Shown here: one piece after another, positions 30,101 to 39,623 of the stretch
Layout: every line of letters starts with the position of its first letter
Numbering within the stretch: the first letter of the stretch is position 1
Source of the DNA: Gemmatimonas sp.
GTDB taxonomy: Bacteria > Gemmatimonadota > Gemmatimonadetes > Gemmatimonadales > Gemmatimonadaceae
Assembly: GCA_965279375.1 (NCBI GenBank)
Contig: OZ257156.1
Span: 32,001 to 96,000, forward strand
DNA length: 64,000 nucleotides
Direction of reading: 5' to 3'
The notes under the pieces: generated by a model
What the model saw: the letters and a program-made list of their open reading frames with translations, nothing else
Told to the model about the DNA's origin: nothing
Database searches by the model: none
Made by a program: the position numbers and the translations under genes

Positions 30101-30437
30101 CATCGAGCTGCACCGCTGCGCGAGCAAGCGAAAAATTCGCTGTGAATGTACCGGTGGCCGCGACCGCAATCTGCGTCTGTCCCACGACAAAGCCGAGACG
30201 ACGCGCCACGACAGTATGAGTGCCGGAAGGAACGCGCGCGATGGTGTAGCGCCCCTGCGCGTCAGTGACCGCGCCGATGTTTAGCCCCTGCACGACAACC
30301 GACACTTGGGGAATGGGACTCGACGACAGCTTTTCCTGCACGGTACCGCTGATCGTAGCTGACTGCGCCTGCGCTGTCCTCGCCATGAGGGCAAGCAGCG
30401 CGGCGACGCCGAGCATCGGAAGCCGAATATTTCGCAT
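27192..30437 (-). CDS. SusC/RagA family TonB-dependent receptor
   Basis: Signal peptide, N-terminal carboxypeptidase-regulatory-like domain, LKDASAAAVYGARGAFGVMLITTK, RYDGSSKF, LTWET, C-terminal Phe. Confidence 0.95.
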   Translation of the reverse strand: MRNIRLPMLGVAALLALMARTAQAQSATISGTVQEKLSSSPIPQVSVVVQGLNIGAVTDAQGRYTIARVPSGTHTVVARRLGFVVGQTQIAVAATGTFTANFSLARAAVQLDEVVAIGYGTADRRNVMGAVEQVNAEQLAERPVPNLTLGLQGMLPGVNIRPQDGKPIQAPSINIRGTTSIGTGGSALVLIDGVEGDPSMINPDDVASVTVLKDASAAAVYGARGAFGVMLITTKRPQKDQFQINYGVTYGSRAPVEKTSMVTDGYTFARTFDQAFQSWQGFAPQNVNKTLVFSAAYLDSLRVRSQANRAPETIVGSDGAYQYFNSTNWYDYLYRPSAMTMEHNLSISRGTENAQFMISGRTLGQDGMFRYNSDNFAQKNLRADGTIRAADWLNVRSGFMYSNRTYHNPENVGEGGAIWRNLQDEGHVLSALYNPDGTLTQSAAYTVGDFAYGKNGIDFDVDVYRTNVEAATKFFDDRLKFTSDFTFQRTTNDQMRRRVPVPYSRRPGVIEYVGAATNTLNETHATADYVATNSYGEYNTTFGGRNSLRVMGGVNYEERTSKQVSAERNGLIFPDAKDLNLALGTATLIGGGYEKWNILGGFTRMNYSYADRYLLEFTGRYDGSSKFPVDQRYAFFPSASASWRISQEPFWKVSRGLVNDLRLSVSHGSMGNGNGGAYQFQQTFNIGQSGVIVNGTRPQQTSAPAVLPNGLTWETATTTNFGLDADMLDNRLNFSADVYTRKTTDMFTTAITPPAVFGASAPRGNYADLKTNGWEISAGWQDGFRLAGSRATYGIRVALSDNSSEILKYNNPNGLLSDYRVGQKVGEIWGYTTEGFFRDSADILSHANQSFIQSRNSRVWLPGDLKFRDINGDGKIDVGTQTQANSGDLSVIGNTTPRYSYGINLNGAWRSISIGSFFQGVGKQSWHANPEADYFWGQYNRPYNNIPSWHMAPGVIYDPANPNPNAFFPRLNGYAAQSGERQMSRPQTKYLMNVAYIRLKNLQVGYDLPKSWLTRVGARRAKVYLSGENLWTYSPLYKIVKNIDVENISQGSDRVLTGGGSGDGLNYPMMRTFVTGVSLTF

Positions 30438-30777
30438 GAGCTGGTGGGCAAAGAATGAATTGGCCGGTGTGACCGGCAGCAATTAGCGATTCATTCCAAC
30501 ACGGACGTGTTGTGTGCCTGTCACAATCGCAGCACAGCATTCGGAACCACCTACTTCGTCGCCAACGGAGTAGGGACATGAGGTGACGTTCACGCGCAGC
30601 GCGATCACGCGCGATGCTGTACAAGCACCAGCGGCTGACGTGGCGTGGTGTGAGCGATACCAGATCTCACACACCGGACCGAACAGCGTTGCAACCGAGC
30701 TCCTGCTTCGCGAACACGGGCGATGTCGTATTTTCTTGCGCTATGGTCCCGCATCACATCGTCCGCCCTCAGCCTGC

Positions 30778-31584
30778 ATGACGATTCATTTCGCACGCCA
30801 CGCGAGTCGCGCACTCTGCGCGCTGCTCCTCGCCTCCCCGATGGCTGCGCAGACGACCGGCGCGCTCCGGGGACGCGTCGTGAACGAGCGCACCAGTCAG
30901 CCGGTGGCGGGAGTGGAGGTGAGCATGCCGGCGATTTCTCGCGCGGTAATCACGGACTCGACGGGAGCGTTCGCGATCCGGGACCTGGCGCCAGCGCGTT
31001 ATGAGGTCGTCGTTCGCAAGCTCGGGTTCCAGCCAACAGCCGCGACGATCACCATTTCGGGTGCTGACGACCCCGAGCAGATCCTCCGACTCGTTCCCGC
31101 GCTGACCGAGCTGTCCAAGGTCGTGGTCGCATCCACCGCCGTCGATCGACGGCTTGCGTCGTTCGAGGAGCACCGCAGTGCGTACAAGGGCGGATCGTTC
31201 CTCACGGCCGAACAGCTCGACAAGGAGAAGGGGCGCGCGTTGGTCGATGTGCTGCAGAAGGTCGGTGGGGCAGACATCGTACGCCTCGGCAGTGGGTCGG
31301 CCTACTTCGCCACACGCCGAGGCTACGATTCATTCATGAACATGCCGACGGTCAGTGCCGGCGACCGTATGCGCGGCGCGCCACCGGGACTCTGTTACGC
31401 GGCAGTGGTGGTCAACAACGTCTTTGTATACCGCGGCGAAAGTAGCGATGAGCTGTTCGACCTGAACGTCCTCGCCCCCACCAATGTTCTGGCGATCGAG
31501 GTGTACAAAGGTGGCGCAACCATGCCTTTGGCATACAACGCCACGCGAAAGACGTGCGGGTTGCTGGTGATCTTTACCAAGTAG
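30778..31584 (+). CDS. Secreted carboxypeptidase-regulatory-like domain plus TonB plug-like domain protein, no barrel
   Basis: Signal peptide, GRVVNERT.QPV.GVEV...TDSTGAF, plug-like end AIEVYKG....CGLLVIFTK. Confidence 0.75.
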   Translation: MTIHFARHASRALCALLLASPMAAQTTGALRGRVVNERTSQPVAGVEVSMPAISRAVITDSTGAFAIRDLAPARYEVVVRKLGFQPTAATITISGADDPEQILRLVPALTELSKVVVASTAVDRRLASFEEHRSAYKGGSFLTAEQLDKEKGRALVDVLQKVGGADIVRLGSGSAYFATRRGYDSFMNMPTVSAGDRMRGAPPGLCYAAVVVNNVFVYRGESSDELFDLNVLAPTNVLAIEVYKGGATMPLAYNATRKTCGLLVIFTK

Positions 31585-31599
31585 TCGCGTTCGAAGGTG

Positions 31600-32421
31600 C
31601 TACGACGACGCGCCATCCGACGTACGAGTGCGCGCGCGACGGCGACGGGCCGTCCATCCAAGTGCCGCGAGTCCGGCACTCACGAGCGCCACCGAGCTTG
31701 GTTCCGGCACCGTGGTGACAGGCGACGACGTGAAGTCGATTCGATAGATGTCCTGTCCACCCGTGAGCTGGCTGTCGAACTGGTATCCTGCGCCGGTCGT
31801 GAGACCGTTGAATCCCTTCAACTCAGCGAAGTTGAACGCCACAACAGAGTTCTGCGGGGTTCGCAGGCTGTTGTTCCCGACGAATGCCGCCGCCGCAGGG
31901 TCGAACAGCTCTGAGCCAGCGTCCCAGATCTGACTGGACGTCTGAATGATCGAACTTGTGGTCAGGTTTCCCATCGCGTCGAACAGGCGGATGGGATTGT
32001 CGTTGCCGATGAACAGGTCATTGCTGGGCACGACCATCCCGGCAAAGGTGAAGAACGGATTCATGGCCGTATTCACCAGAAAGCTCAGGCTGGCAGAGGA
32101 TCCGGGTGTGAGCAGACCACCGATGGTCCCGCGCACTGCGGTGGGATCGGCTGCGGCGAAATCCGTCTGCCACTGTCCGCCTGCCCCGCCTTCAGCCACG
32201 GAGATGATCGCCGCGCCGGGAAACTGACCGATGTTGAATGCGTCAAAGACTCCCCGATGAAAGCCCACATGGAGCGGTGCGAAGCTCACGCTATTGGTTG
32301 GCGCCAGGTTTGTGACCGTTGCCGTGACCATGCGCTGTTGCGCGTCCGCAGCGGTGGAGGCGATCGATAGCGCGGCGGCAATTCGAACGGTGTGAGTGAG
32401 CGTGCGAGTCTTCCAGGGCAT
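31600..32421 (-). CDS. Spondin-N-like domain protein with PEP-CTERM sorting signal
   Basis: Signal peptide, VAEGG, MVVPSNDLFIG, WDAGSE; C-terminal VPEPSSVALVSAGLAALGWTARRRR. Confidence 0.85.
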   Translation of the reverse strand: MPWKTRTLTHTVRIAAALSIASTAADAQQRMVTATVTNLAPTNSVSFAPLHVGFHRGVFDAFNIGQFPGAAIISVAEGGAGGQWQTDFAAADPTAVRGTIGGLLTPGSSASLSFLVNTAMNPFFTFAGMVVPSNDLFIGNDNPIRLFDAMGNLTTSSIIQTSSQIWDAGSELFDPAAAAFVGNNSLRTPQNSVVAFNFAELKGFNGLTTGAGYQFDSQLTGGQDIYRIDFTSSPVTTVPEPSSVALVSAGLAALGWTARRRRARTRTSDGASS

Positions 32422-32605
32422 GGAGTCGTTCCGGTAATGGGAAGTGATTGCGGCTCGGGGTGAACGGCGCCCCACCACACACCATCACACCAGAACCTCG
32501 GAAACCGGCTCACGACCATCTGGAATCGTCTCGTGGAGTTAGCGCAGGGACACTTGCGGCCTGTCGTGAGGGTGTGGATGCTTCACCCGAAAGCTTCTCC
32601 AGGGA

Positions 32606-33214
32606 GTGAAAACTGAGGTGTTTGATTCGGACGACGCAGTGACAAGCCTCCTCAGGGAGTGGGCGAACGGACACGCGGCGGCCGGAGATCGCCTGTTCGC
32701 GCTCGTCTACGACGAGCTTCGTGCGGTGGCACGACGTCAGCGACGGCGGTTGCAGCACGACGATACGCTGAACACGACGGCGCTCGTGCATGAGGTGTAC
32801 CTCCGCCTTTCAACACACGCCTCCTTCAGCGTGAATGATCGCGCCCACTTTTATGCGCTCGCGGCACAGGTGACACGACAGATTCTCAGCAACTACCTGC
32901 GACGCGGACGAACGCACAAACGCGGCAGCGGCGGCACGCCGATCCCGCTCGAAGATCAGCGCGCGCTCAGTTCGGTCGCTCCCGACGGCGCAGATCATGC
33001 GTTCGATCGACTCTGGGATCTCGAACAAGCATTGCAGCAGCTGCAACGATTGCATCCGCGTCCCTGTCGCGTTGTCGAGTGCCGGTACTTTGGCGGGCTG
33101 TCCATTCCCGATACGGCGATCGCACTCGGCATCTCGGAAGCAACGGTCAAACGCGACTGGGCGCTCGCGCAGGCGTGGCTCTATCGCGTCCTTCGCCAGC
33201 ACGCACTCACATGA
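32606..33214 (+). CDS. ECF sigma factor (TIGR02999-like, kinase-associated)
   Basis: VYDELRAVA, TLNTTALVHEVYLRL, VECRYFGGLS, SEATVKRDW..AQAWL. Confidence 0.9.
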   Translation: MKTEVFDSDDAVTSLLREWANGHAAAGDRLFALVYDELRAVARRQRRRLQHDDTLNTTALVHEVYLRLSTHASFSVNDRAHFYALAAQVTRQILSNYLRRGRTHKRGSGGTPIPLEDQRALSSVAPDGADHAFDRLWDLEQALQQLQRLHPRPCRVVECRYFGGLSIPDTAIALGISEATVKRDWALAQAWLYRVLRQHALT

Positions 33215-36200
33215 TGGAAGATCCTGCGAACGCGACGCAGGCGTCGTGGGATCGACTGTCTGCGCTTTTCGATTCCGCCTCGTCATATCCACCACACGAG
33301 CGGGACGCCTATCTCGACCGAGCGTGCGCAGAGGATCCGGTTCTGCGAGCCGAGATCGGAGTGCTGCTCGCAGGCGCGGACGATGCGCCGCAATTCCTGC
33401 AGCATCTGGTTCGCGACGTAGTCAGTCCGGCGTTGGTCGCTGCCACCACCGAGGAATCGGAGTCCGATGATCCGCTCACCGAAGAGGCGGCGACTCTGGC
33501 GATTGCATCGGGGACGCGCATTCGCCACTACGAGGTACTCGAACAGGTGGGCGCGGGCGGCATGGGCGTCGTCTACCGCGGGCGCGACCTCCGACTCGGA
33601 CGCGACGTCGCACTCAAGTTCCTCGCACCGGAGCAGATCGCCGATCCTCAGGCGCGACGCCGTCTCGTTCGCGAAGCACAATCGGTGTCGGCGCTGGACG
33701 ATGCGCATGTGTGCGCGATGTACGCCGCAGAAGAGACGGACGACGGTGGACTCTGTCTGGTGATGGCCTACTGCGAAGGCGGCACACTGCGTGACCGTTT
33801 GCGACGCGGTTCGCTGACTGTCCCCGATGCGCTGAACGTGGCGACGCAGCTCGCCTCAGGGCTCGCGCGTGCGCATCAAGTCGGCATCGTGCATCGCGAC
33901 ATCAAGCCGGCGAACGTCGGCTTCACAGGACATGATCTCGTGAAAGTCCTGGATTTCGGCATCGCGGTGCGCACACACCATCACACCGATGGAGAGACCA
34001 CGGAGCCCACCGCAACGGTCGTGCCGGTGGGCACGTTGCCGTACATGGCGCCCGAGGTGCTGCAGTTGCAGCGGCCGGATGCGCGATCCGATGTGTGGTC
34101 GCTTGGTGTCGTCCTCTATGAAATGCTTTCGGGCGTCCGACCATTCGGCGCAGATACGCCGGTTGGCACCGTCGCGGCGATCCTTTCGAACGAACCGGCG
34201 CCGCTGGTCCGTGGAGATGGCGCGCCGATTCCAGAGGCGCTTGCACGTCTGGTCCACGAGATGCTCGACAAGTCGCCAGTGCGGCGCCCGGCCGATGCGA
34301 GCGCGGTCGTCGAATGTCTGCGCGCATTGGATTCCGCGACGGAGAATTCACGCAACTCAGCGGAAGGTCGCGCGGCCGCCCCAGCGACATCTCGCGGCAT
34401 GATCGGCTGGCTGCCGTGGATAGCGGCGGCTGGCGTACTCACAATCGCGGCGGTCTTCGTGACGTTGCGTGGCAAACGGGAATCGCCTCCACCGGCTCCG
34501 CTGTCCGTAGTACGAACGATTGAGCCGTTGCCGACGATTGCCGTGCTACCGTTCGCCGTGCGCGGCGACGCAACGCTCGCCTATCTGCGCGAGGGCATGG
34601 TCGATCTCCTGACCCCGATGTTCGATGGCACCGGCCTGCTGCGAGGTGTGGACCCGAACTCGGTGCTTGGCGCCATCGACGGAAACGCCACCATGACGTT
34701 GGACTCCGCCGAGGCTCGCGCCTTCGCCCGACGTCTGGATGTGCAGCGGTACGTGTCCGGCAGCATCGTACGCGCGGGCTCACAGCTGACGATTCGTGCA
34801 ACGCTTCACTACGCGGACGGACGCGATGTCGCGCGAGCCCTCGTCACGGTGAAGGACGCGGACGGCCTGTTGCTCGGCGCCGAGTCCGTTGTGCGGCAGC
34901 TGGTGGCCGCCGAGCTGCGCGCGCCCGGAGACACGCTTGCAGCACAGGCCGCGTCCATGACCACCTCCAAGCGCGCGCTCCGCGCCTACATCGACGGTGA
35001 GCGTGAGCTCCGCGACGCGCGTCCTGCTGCCGCTGTCGAGTTCTTCTCGCAAGCAGTCGACGCGGACTCGCTCTTCGCGCTGGCGTGGTATCGATTGGCC
35101 CGTGCGGCGCGCTGGAGTGAGGTGGACTCGATCAATGCGCAGGCCGTTCGTCGTGCGTTCTCGCTGGCGCCTACACTTCCCCTGCGCATTCAGCAGCTCG
35201 TGGGCGCATATCACGCGCTCCGCGTGGGCAGTCCGATGATAGCAGAACGCCAGCTGCGCGGTATCGTCGCCGACTACCCGACAGACGTGGATGCGTGGAT
35301 GCTGCTCGGTGAGACGCTCTTCGACAACAACCCGTACGTCGGACGTCCCTCGAGCGAGGCGGCCGCGGCGTTTCAACGCGTGATGGCGCTCGACCCGAAG
35401 AACCGCGAGGTGACGGTGTACCTCATGGATCTTGCCGCGCGATCCGATTCGCGTGGTCTGCTGGATACGCTCTTTCTGATGTACTTCAGCCCGAACAGCG
35501 CGGGCGAACAACCGGGGATCCGGCAGACATATCTCGCGTTGCATGCTCGACGCGTTCGCGCTACCGATCGTCCGATTCTCGACCCGACGGCGGCACGGAT
35601 CGCCTTGCGCCGCACTGGTGCTACGCCTGTCGACCTGCGCGCTGCCGCGCAGTTTGCGCGCACTCTGGCCGCACCCGCGAACGAAGCCAGCTTGCGCGTC
35701 GAGGGACTGCTCGCGCTCGCAGTACTCGACTGGGCGAATGGCCGGACAGATGCGGCCTACGACGCGTGGGCACAGGCGACGCGACTGAACGCCAGCGCCG
35801 CGCTGTTGGCTCGCGCGGTAGCAGCCGCGGCACCATCGTCACCCGCCAGCGCGGACACGTTGCGTTCATTGCGGCTTGCCTTGGCGCGCGGCGACCAGCC
35901 TCGCGCGGGACTCGGACTGAACGCAGACGAGTGGGGCACTCTTCGCGCGTACCTTGGCGGGCTGCTGAGCGCGCGGCTTGCTGATACGCTGACATTGGCC
36001 ACATCAGTTCAGCAGCTGGCATCCCCGCGCAACGGCAACCGCCTTGCCGCACCACTCCGCGAAGCGCTACGCGGACATCTCGCTCGGGCGCGCGGAAACA
36101 ATGACGCCGCCATCGCAGCGTTCGAGAAGAGCATCGTCCAGTTGCCGTTCGAAGTGCGCGCTCGCATTCCCGCGCTTGGCCAGCAGGCCGATCGGTTCGC

Positions 36201-36342
36201 GCACGCTGAGGCACTTCACTCAGCGGGGCGCGACGTCGAGGCTCGTGCGTGGTACGCATCACTGCGCGACGGGCCGGCACTCTGGAGTACGCCATATCTC
36301 GCCGCAGTGGCTTCACGGATTGGCGAGCGACTCGCACCCTAG
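33211..36342 (+). CDS. Hanks-type Ser/Thr protein kinase with TM helix, TolB-N-like and TPR-like C-terminal region
   Basis: GAGGMGVVY, VALK, HRDIKPAN, DFG, GTLPYMAPE, DVWSLG; TM helix; IAVLPF; ATGA overlap with the sigma gene. Confidence 0.93.
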   Translation: MMEDPANATQASWDRLSALFDSASSYPPHERDAYLDRACAEDPVLRAEIGVLLAGADDAPQFLQHLVRDVVSPALVAATTEESESDDPLTEEAATLAIASGTRIRHYEVLEQVGAGGMGVVYRGRDLRLGRDVALKFLAPEQIADPQARRRLVREAQSVSALDDAHVCAMYAAEETDDGGLCLVMAYCEGGTLRDRLRRGSLTVPDALNVATQLASGLARAHQVGIVHRDIKPANVGFTGHDLVKVLDFGIAVRTHHHTDGETTEPTATVVPVGTLPYMAPEVLQLQRPDARSDVWSLGVVLYEMLSGVRPFGADTPVGTVAAILSNEPAPLVRGDGAPIPEALARLVHEMLDKSPVRRPADASAVVECLRALDSATENSRNSAEGRAAAPATSRGMIGWLPWIAAAGVLTIAAVFVTLRGKRESPPPAPLSVVRTIEPLPTIAVLPFAVRGDATLAYLREGMVDLLTPMFDGTGLLRGVDPNSVLGAIDGNATMTLDSAEARAFARRLDVQRYVSGSIVRAGSQLTIRATLHYADGRDVARALVTVKDADGLLLGAESVVRQLVAAELRAPGDTLAAQAASMTTSKRALRAYIDGERELRDARPAAAVEFFSQAVDADSLFALAWYRLARAARWSEVDSINAQAVRRAFSLAPTLPLRIQQLVGAYHALRVGSPMIAERQLRGIVADYPTDVDAWMLLGETLFDNNPYVGRPSSEAAAAFQRVMALDPKNREVTVYLMDLAARSDSRGLLDTLFLMYFSPNSAGEQPGIRQTYLALHARRVRATDRPILDPTAARIALRRTGATPVDLRAAAQFARTLAAPANEASLRVEGLLALAVLDWANGRTDAAYDAWAQATRLNASAALLARAVAAAAPSSPASADTLRSLRLALARGDQPRAGLGLNADEWGTLRAYLGGLLSARLADTLTLATSVQQLASPRNGNRLAAPLREALRGHLARARGNNDAAIAAFEKSIVQLPFEVRARIPALGQQADRFAHAEALHSAGRDVEARAWYASLRDGPALWSTPYLAAVASRIGERLAP

Positions 36343-36383
36343 CCAATAGTGTCGAGTCGCTCTCCTGAGTGAATTCGCCACGC

Positions 36384-36824
36384 TCAGGGCGTCAGCGCAA
36401 TCGCCGCCTCGGCCATTGGTACGTTGAACGGATCACACCAGATGATCACCCACGCGTAGCGCACGCCGGGCGGCAATTGAAACGTGTATGTCTGCCCGCC
36501 GTTCCTCGATTTGAGCGCACCGATGCGAAGAGGCGTTCCCGTATTGGGATTGTTCGTCGTGCCGAGATAGACCGTCGGGCCCGGAGTCTGCGCGATGGAA
36601 AAGTCGCTCGAGAACGTCAGCTGCCCGACTCCCTTCTCGGCGACGAATTGCACAGTGCCCGTGACGTCGTAACGGGTTCGCCGAAAGATTCCGGAGGTGG
36701 CATTGCCCATCGGCGAGCCCATGCTCGGATCGACGGTCATCGCGTCGGGTGCCATTGGGGGTTCTGCAGTGTTGCAGGCCAACAGCACGATGGGCAGCAT
36801 GAGGAGACGAATCAACAGCCGCAT
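36384..36824 (-). CDS. DM13 domain lipoprotein
   Basis: LLAC lipobox, GP.VYL, GALKS.NG.QTY, VIIWCDPFNV. Confidence 0.8.
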   Translation of the reverse strand: MRLLIRLLMLPIVLLACNTAEPPMAPDAMTVDPSMGSPMGNATSGIFRRTRYDVTGTVQFVAEKGVGQLTFSSDFSIAQTPGPTVYLGTTNNPNTGTPLRIGALKSRNGGQTYTFQLPPGVRYAWVIIWCDPFNVPMAEAAIALTP

Positions 36825-36935
36825 TGTGTATGATCTCCGCGAGAGTTCATGGGTCCAACTGGCGTGTAATGCGCGTCTGCACGTACGCGCCACGCCCGAC
36901 ATTAGATCCATGAACCGGTTGCGCACGATTTGGTG

Positions 36936-38453
36936 TTAAGAAGCACAGCCCGCCGTTGCTTGGCGTTCCGCCACCAGCTTGCGCGCACGCCAATCGCTCA
37001 CGTTCCACGTCCGCCATCCACCCTCCCGCTCCCCGCGCCAGCGCTTGTCGAGCATGCGCATCACGCGACAGCGTTCGAGTTCCGGAAGCTGCTCGAGACG
37101 TGCGATCAATGTCGGCACTGCATCCGCGCTCAGGCTGCTCAGGTACTCGCCATCGTACACCGCGCCCGCTGCGGCACGCGCAATGTTCACGCGCGCAATC
37201 AGCGCATGCGGATTGATGGTGTAGAGCAACGTCAGGCATGCGTAGCCGGCCATGACTGCGCCGAAAGCAAAACGTCGGCGCCTGCCGCGAAGCACGGTGG
37301 CCGCCAGCCACGCTAACACCAACGTGAGCCAGAGAATGAATACGCTCACGTAGAGTCGCTGCTCGGTGAGCCCGTACGCCGCCTGATACAGGCGCATTCT
37401 GTACGCCGCCGACGCGATCACGCCCACCAGCAGCGTGATCAACACGAGCATCGCGAGGCGTAGCCGCGAGCGGGCGCGTGACGTCTCCGTGGCGGCCGCC
37501 CAGTCGGCGAGCAACAACATGGGCACAACGAGCGCTGCGCACAGCACGAGTTCAAAGAATCCACGACGTGCGTACGCCGCGTAGCTCAACCCGACGGTCA
37601 CTTCAACGAGATTGGCGCCGCCAAAGAGATAGCGCAGCTGCACCACGGTGAAGACCAGAAACAGCAGGTTGAGCAGCCAGAGGGCCACCGAGATTTCTGC
37701 CGACGGCATCGCCGGCTGCGGGACGCGCAGACGTCCCATGATCGCATCGTCGGGCACGAGCAGCGATCGCAGGTAGCCCGCGGTGATCCACGCAACCACT
37801 CCGGCAAATGCCGCGTGCTGCACCAACGGCTCGATGTCCACTCGAAATGCGTTCTGCACCAACTGCGCGAATACGAGATCCGCAGACATGAGCAACGCGC
37901 CCAAGAGGAACAGCGCCGGCAACGCCAGCAGCGATCCTCGCAGCAGCGTTCCCGCTCGCCGTGTCCACGGTTCCGACTTCGCTGTATCGTCCCCTGCACC
38001 TGCGGCCGTCTCTTGCTCGCTCTGTCCGTCGGCCACGCGCGTCGCGCGCCCCCATCCGAAGGGTCCGAGTGCAGTGAGCAGCGCAGCGCGCACGACGGCG
38101 AACGCGCCTTCGCTCAGCTGTGCGTCGGTCACCCACGCCTTGGTGGAGCGCCCGGCCGCGAGCACCAGCAAGGCAATCGCTCCCAATATGCTGAACACCG
38201 CCAACACCTCCGCATCGCGCAGTGCCAACGTTGCCGCGCACATCATCGCTCCGCCGATGAGCCAACGTGATTCCGTGGAGGGGCGACTGTCCGATCTTTG
38301 CAGCAAGACCGCGAGCGCGAGCACACCTGCGACCGCCCAGAGTGCGAGGCCGATTCCTGGTCGGCCCTGCGCACGCACCAACACATCGGCAAGGATACCA
38401 AGCGACAGCGCGCCATAGAGCGCCGATTTGCGAAGCACGGTCGGCACACTCAC
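36936..38453 (-). CDS. DUF4153/DUF4173 family membrane protein
   Basis: [50 protein letters not shown]. Confidence 0.8.
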   Translation of the reverse strand: MSVPTVLRKSALYGALSLGILADVLVRAQGRPGIGLALWAVAGVLALAVLLQRSDSRPSTESRWLIGGAMMCAATLALRDAEVLAVFSILGAIALLVLAAGRSTKAWVTDAQLSEGAFAVVRAALLTALGPFGWGRATRVADGQSEQETAAGAGDDTAKSEPWTRRAGTLLRGSLLALPALFLLGALLMSADLVFAQLVQNAFRVDIEPLVQHAAFAGVVAWITAGYLRSLLVPDDAIMGRLRVPQPAMPSAEISVALWLLNLLFLVFTVVQLRYLFGGANLVEVTVGLSYAAYARRGFFELVLCAALVVPMLLLADWAAATETSRARSRLRLAMLVLITLLVGVIASAAYRMRLYQAAYGLTEQRLYVSVFILWLTLVLAWLAATVLRGRRRRFAFGAVMAGYACLTLLYTINPHALIARVNIARAAAGAVYDGEYLSSLSADAVPTLIARLEQLPELERCRVMRMLDKRWRGEREGGWRTWNVSDWRARKLVAERQATAGCAS

Positions 38454-39172
38454 GACGCCACCGCCGTAGCCAAGGGCACGTCGACGAGTCCACCGAATCG
38501 ACGCTGCCGACGACTGAACTCGGCGAGCGCATCGCTGAACGCTTGTTCATCGAAGTCCGGCCAGGCCACTGCGGTGAAGTACAACTCGGCGTACGCGCTC
38601 TCCCAGAGGAGGAAGTCACTGAGTCGTTGCTCACCCCCCGTGCGAATGACGAGGTCCACGTCGGGCGCGGGGGCATCGGTTGAGGCTGCGAGCAGGCGCG
38701 CGAATGCGGCACGGGTACGCGGCGCCTGCGCGGCCGCCTGCACGATCGCGTCGCGCGAGGAGTAATCGATGGCGAGGCGCAGTCGGAGGCGCGTGCCGGC
38801 TGACGTTGCGGCTTCTGCGGCAGCGATCGCCTGCGCGAGTCGCGCGGGCAGCCGATCGCGCCGTCCGATGACTTCCAATCGCACGCCCTGTTCGACGCAG
38901 TTGGCGACCTCGACGCGCAGATAGCGCTCGAGCAGACGCATGAGCACGTGCACTTCGGGTCCGGGTCGCTTCCAGTTGTCCGAGGAGAAGGCGTAGAGCG
39001 TGAGCACGCTGACGCCGTGGGCCGGCGCCGCTTCGACCGTGCGGCGGACCGCGGTGACGCCTGCACGATGTCCAAGGCTGCGCGGCATGCCACGCGCCTG
39101 CGCCCAGCGTCCGTTGCCGTCCATGATGACGGCGACGTGGAGGCCGTCTTTCGCCAAATTACTTTGCACCAT
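38450..39172 (-). CDS. uppS: cis-prenyltransferase (undecaprenyl diphosphate synthase family)
   Basis: [56 protein letters not shown]. Confidence 0.9.
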   Translation of the reverse strand: MVQSNLAKDGLHVAVIMDGNGRWAQARGMPRSLGHRAGVTAVRRTVEAAPAHGVSVLTLYAFSSDNWKRPGPEVHVLMRLLERYLRVEVANCVEQGVRLEVIGRRDRLPARLAQAIAAAEAATSAGTRLRLRLAIDYSSRDAIVQAAAQAPRTRAAFARLLAASTDAPAPDVDLVIRTGGEQRLSDFLLWESAYAELYFTAVAWPDFDEQAFSDALAEFSRRQRRFGGLVDVPLATAVAS

Positions 39173-39177
39173 AAAGC
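39161..39177. promoter_or_regulatory. Putative operator copy 1 (ACTTT-N7-AAAG), overlapping the uppS start
   Basis: ACTTTGCACCATAAAGC; AT-rich dyad, 15/17 identical to 40265-40281. Confidence 0.7.
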
Positions 39178-39218
39178 GTAATCCCACAAAGAATGGTGAA
39201 GGGGTCCTGCGATTGGGC

Positions 39219-39623
39219 TCAGCCTTCGCGCACGCGCCGGATGAGCGATTCCATGTGATCGAGGTACTCGTCGAGCGCCTTGCGACCGGCGGCGGTGAGC
39301 GTGAACTCAGTGCGCGGCACGCGGTCCACGAACGACTTCTCGCAGGTGACGAAGCCGGCTTCCTCGAGACGGCGCGCGTGCACGCTCAGGTTGCCGTCGG
39401 TGATGTCGAGGAGGGTCTTGAGCTCGTTGAACGTGAGCGACTCGGCGCCGGCGAGTGCGCTGACGATCGCGAGCCGTGCGCGTTCATGAATGACGCGATT
39501 GAGCTCGACGGGAGTGTCCCGCGGCGCGCGCTTGCTTCCCTTGACCGGTGCCATCGACGCTTCCGCCTCCTTGGCCCCGCCCGCGTCTTCCGACTCGCGT
39601 CGTACTGCCGATCCCTTAGCCAC
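39219..39623 (-). CDS. Winged-helix transcriptional regulator (HTH_34 / ArsR-MarR-like)
   Basis: [46 protein letters not shown]. Confidence 0.88.
   Translation of the reverse strand: MAKGSAVRRESEDAGGAKEAEASMAPVKGSKRAPRDTPVELNRVIHERARLAIVSALAGAESLTFNELKTLLDITDGNLSVHARRLEEAGFVTCEKSFVDRVPRTEFTLTAAGRKALDEYLDHMESLIRRVREG

Noticed and set aside
37603..39189. 528-aa minus-strand ORF overlapping uppS and the DUF4153 gene
   Set aside because: No recognisable motifs; an off-frame shadow of two clear genes.
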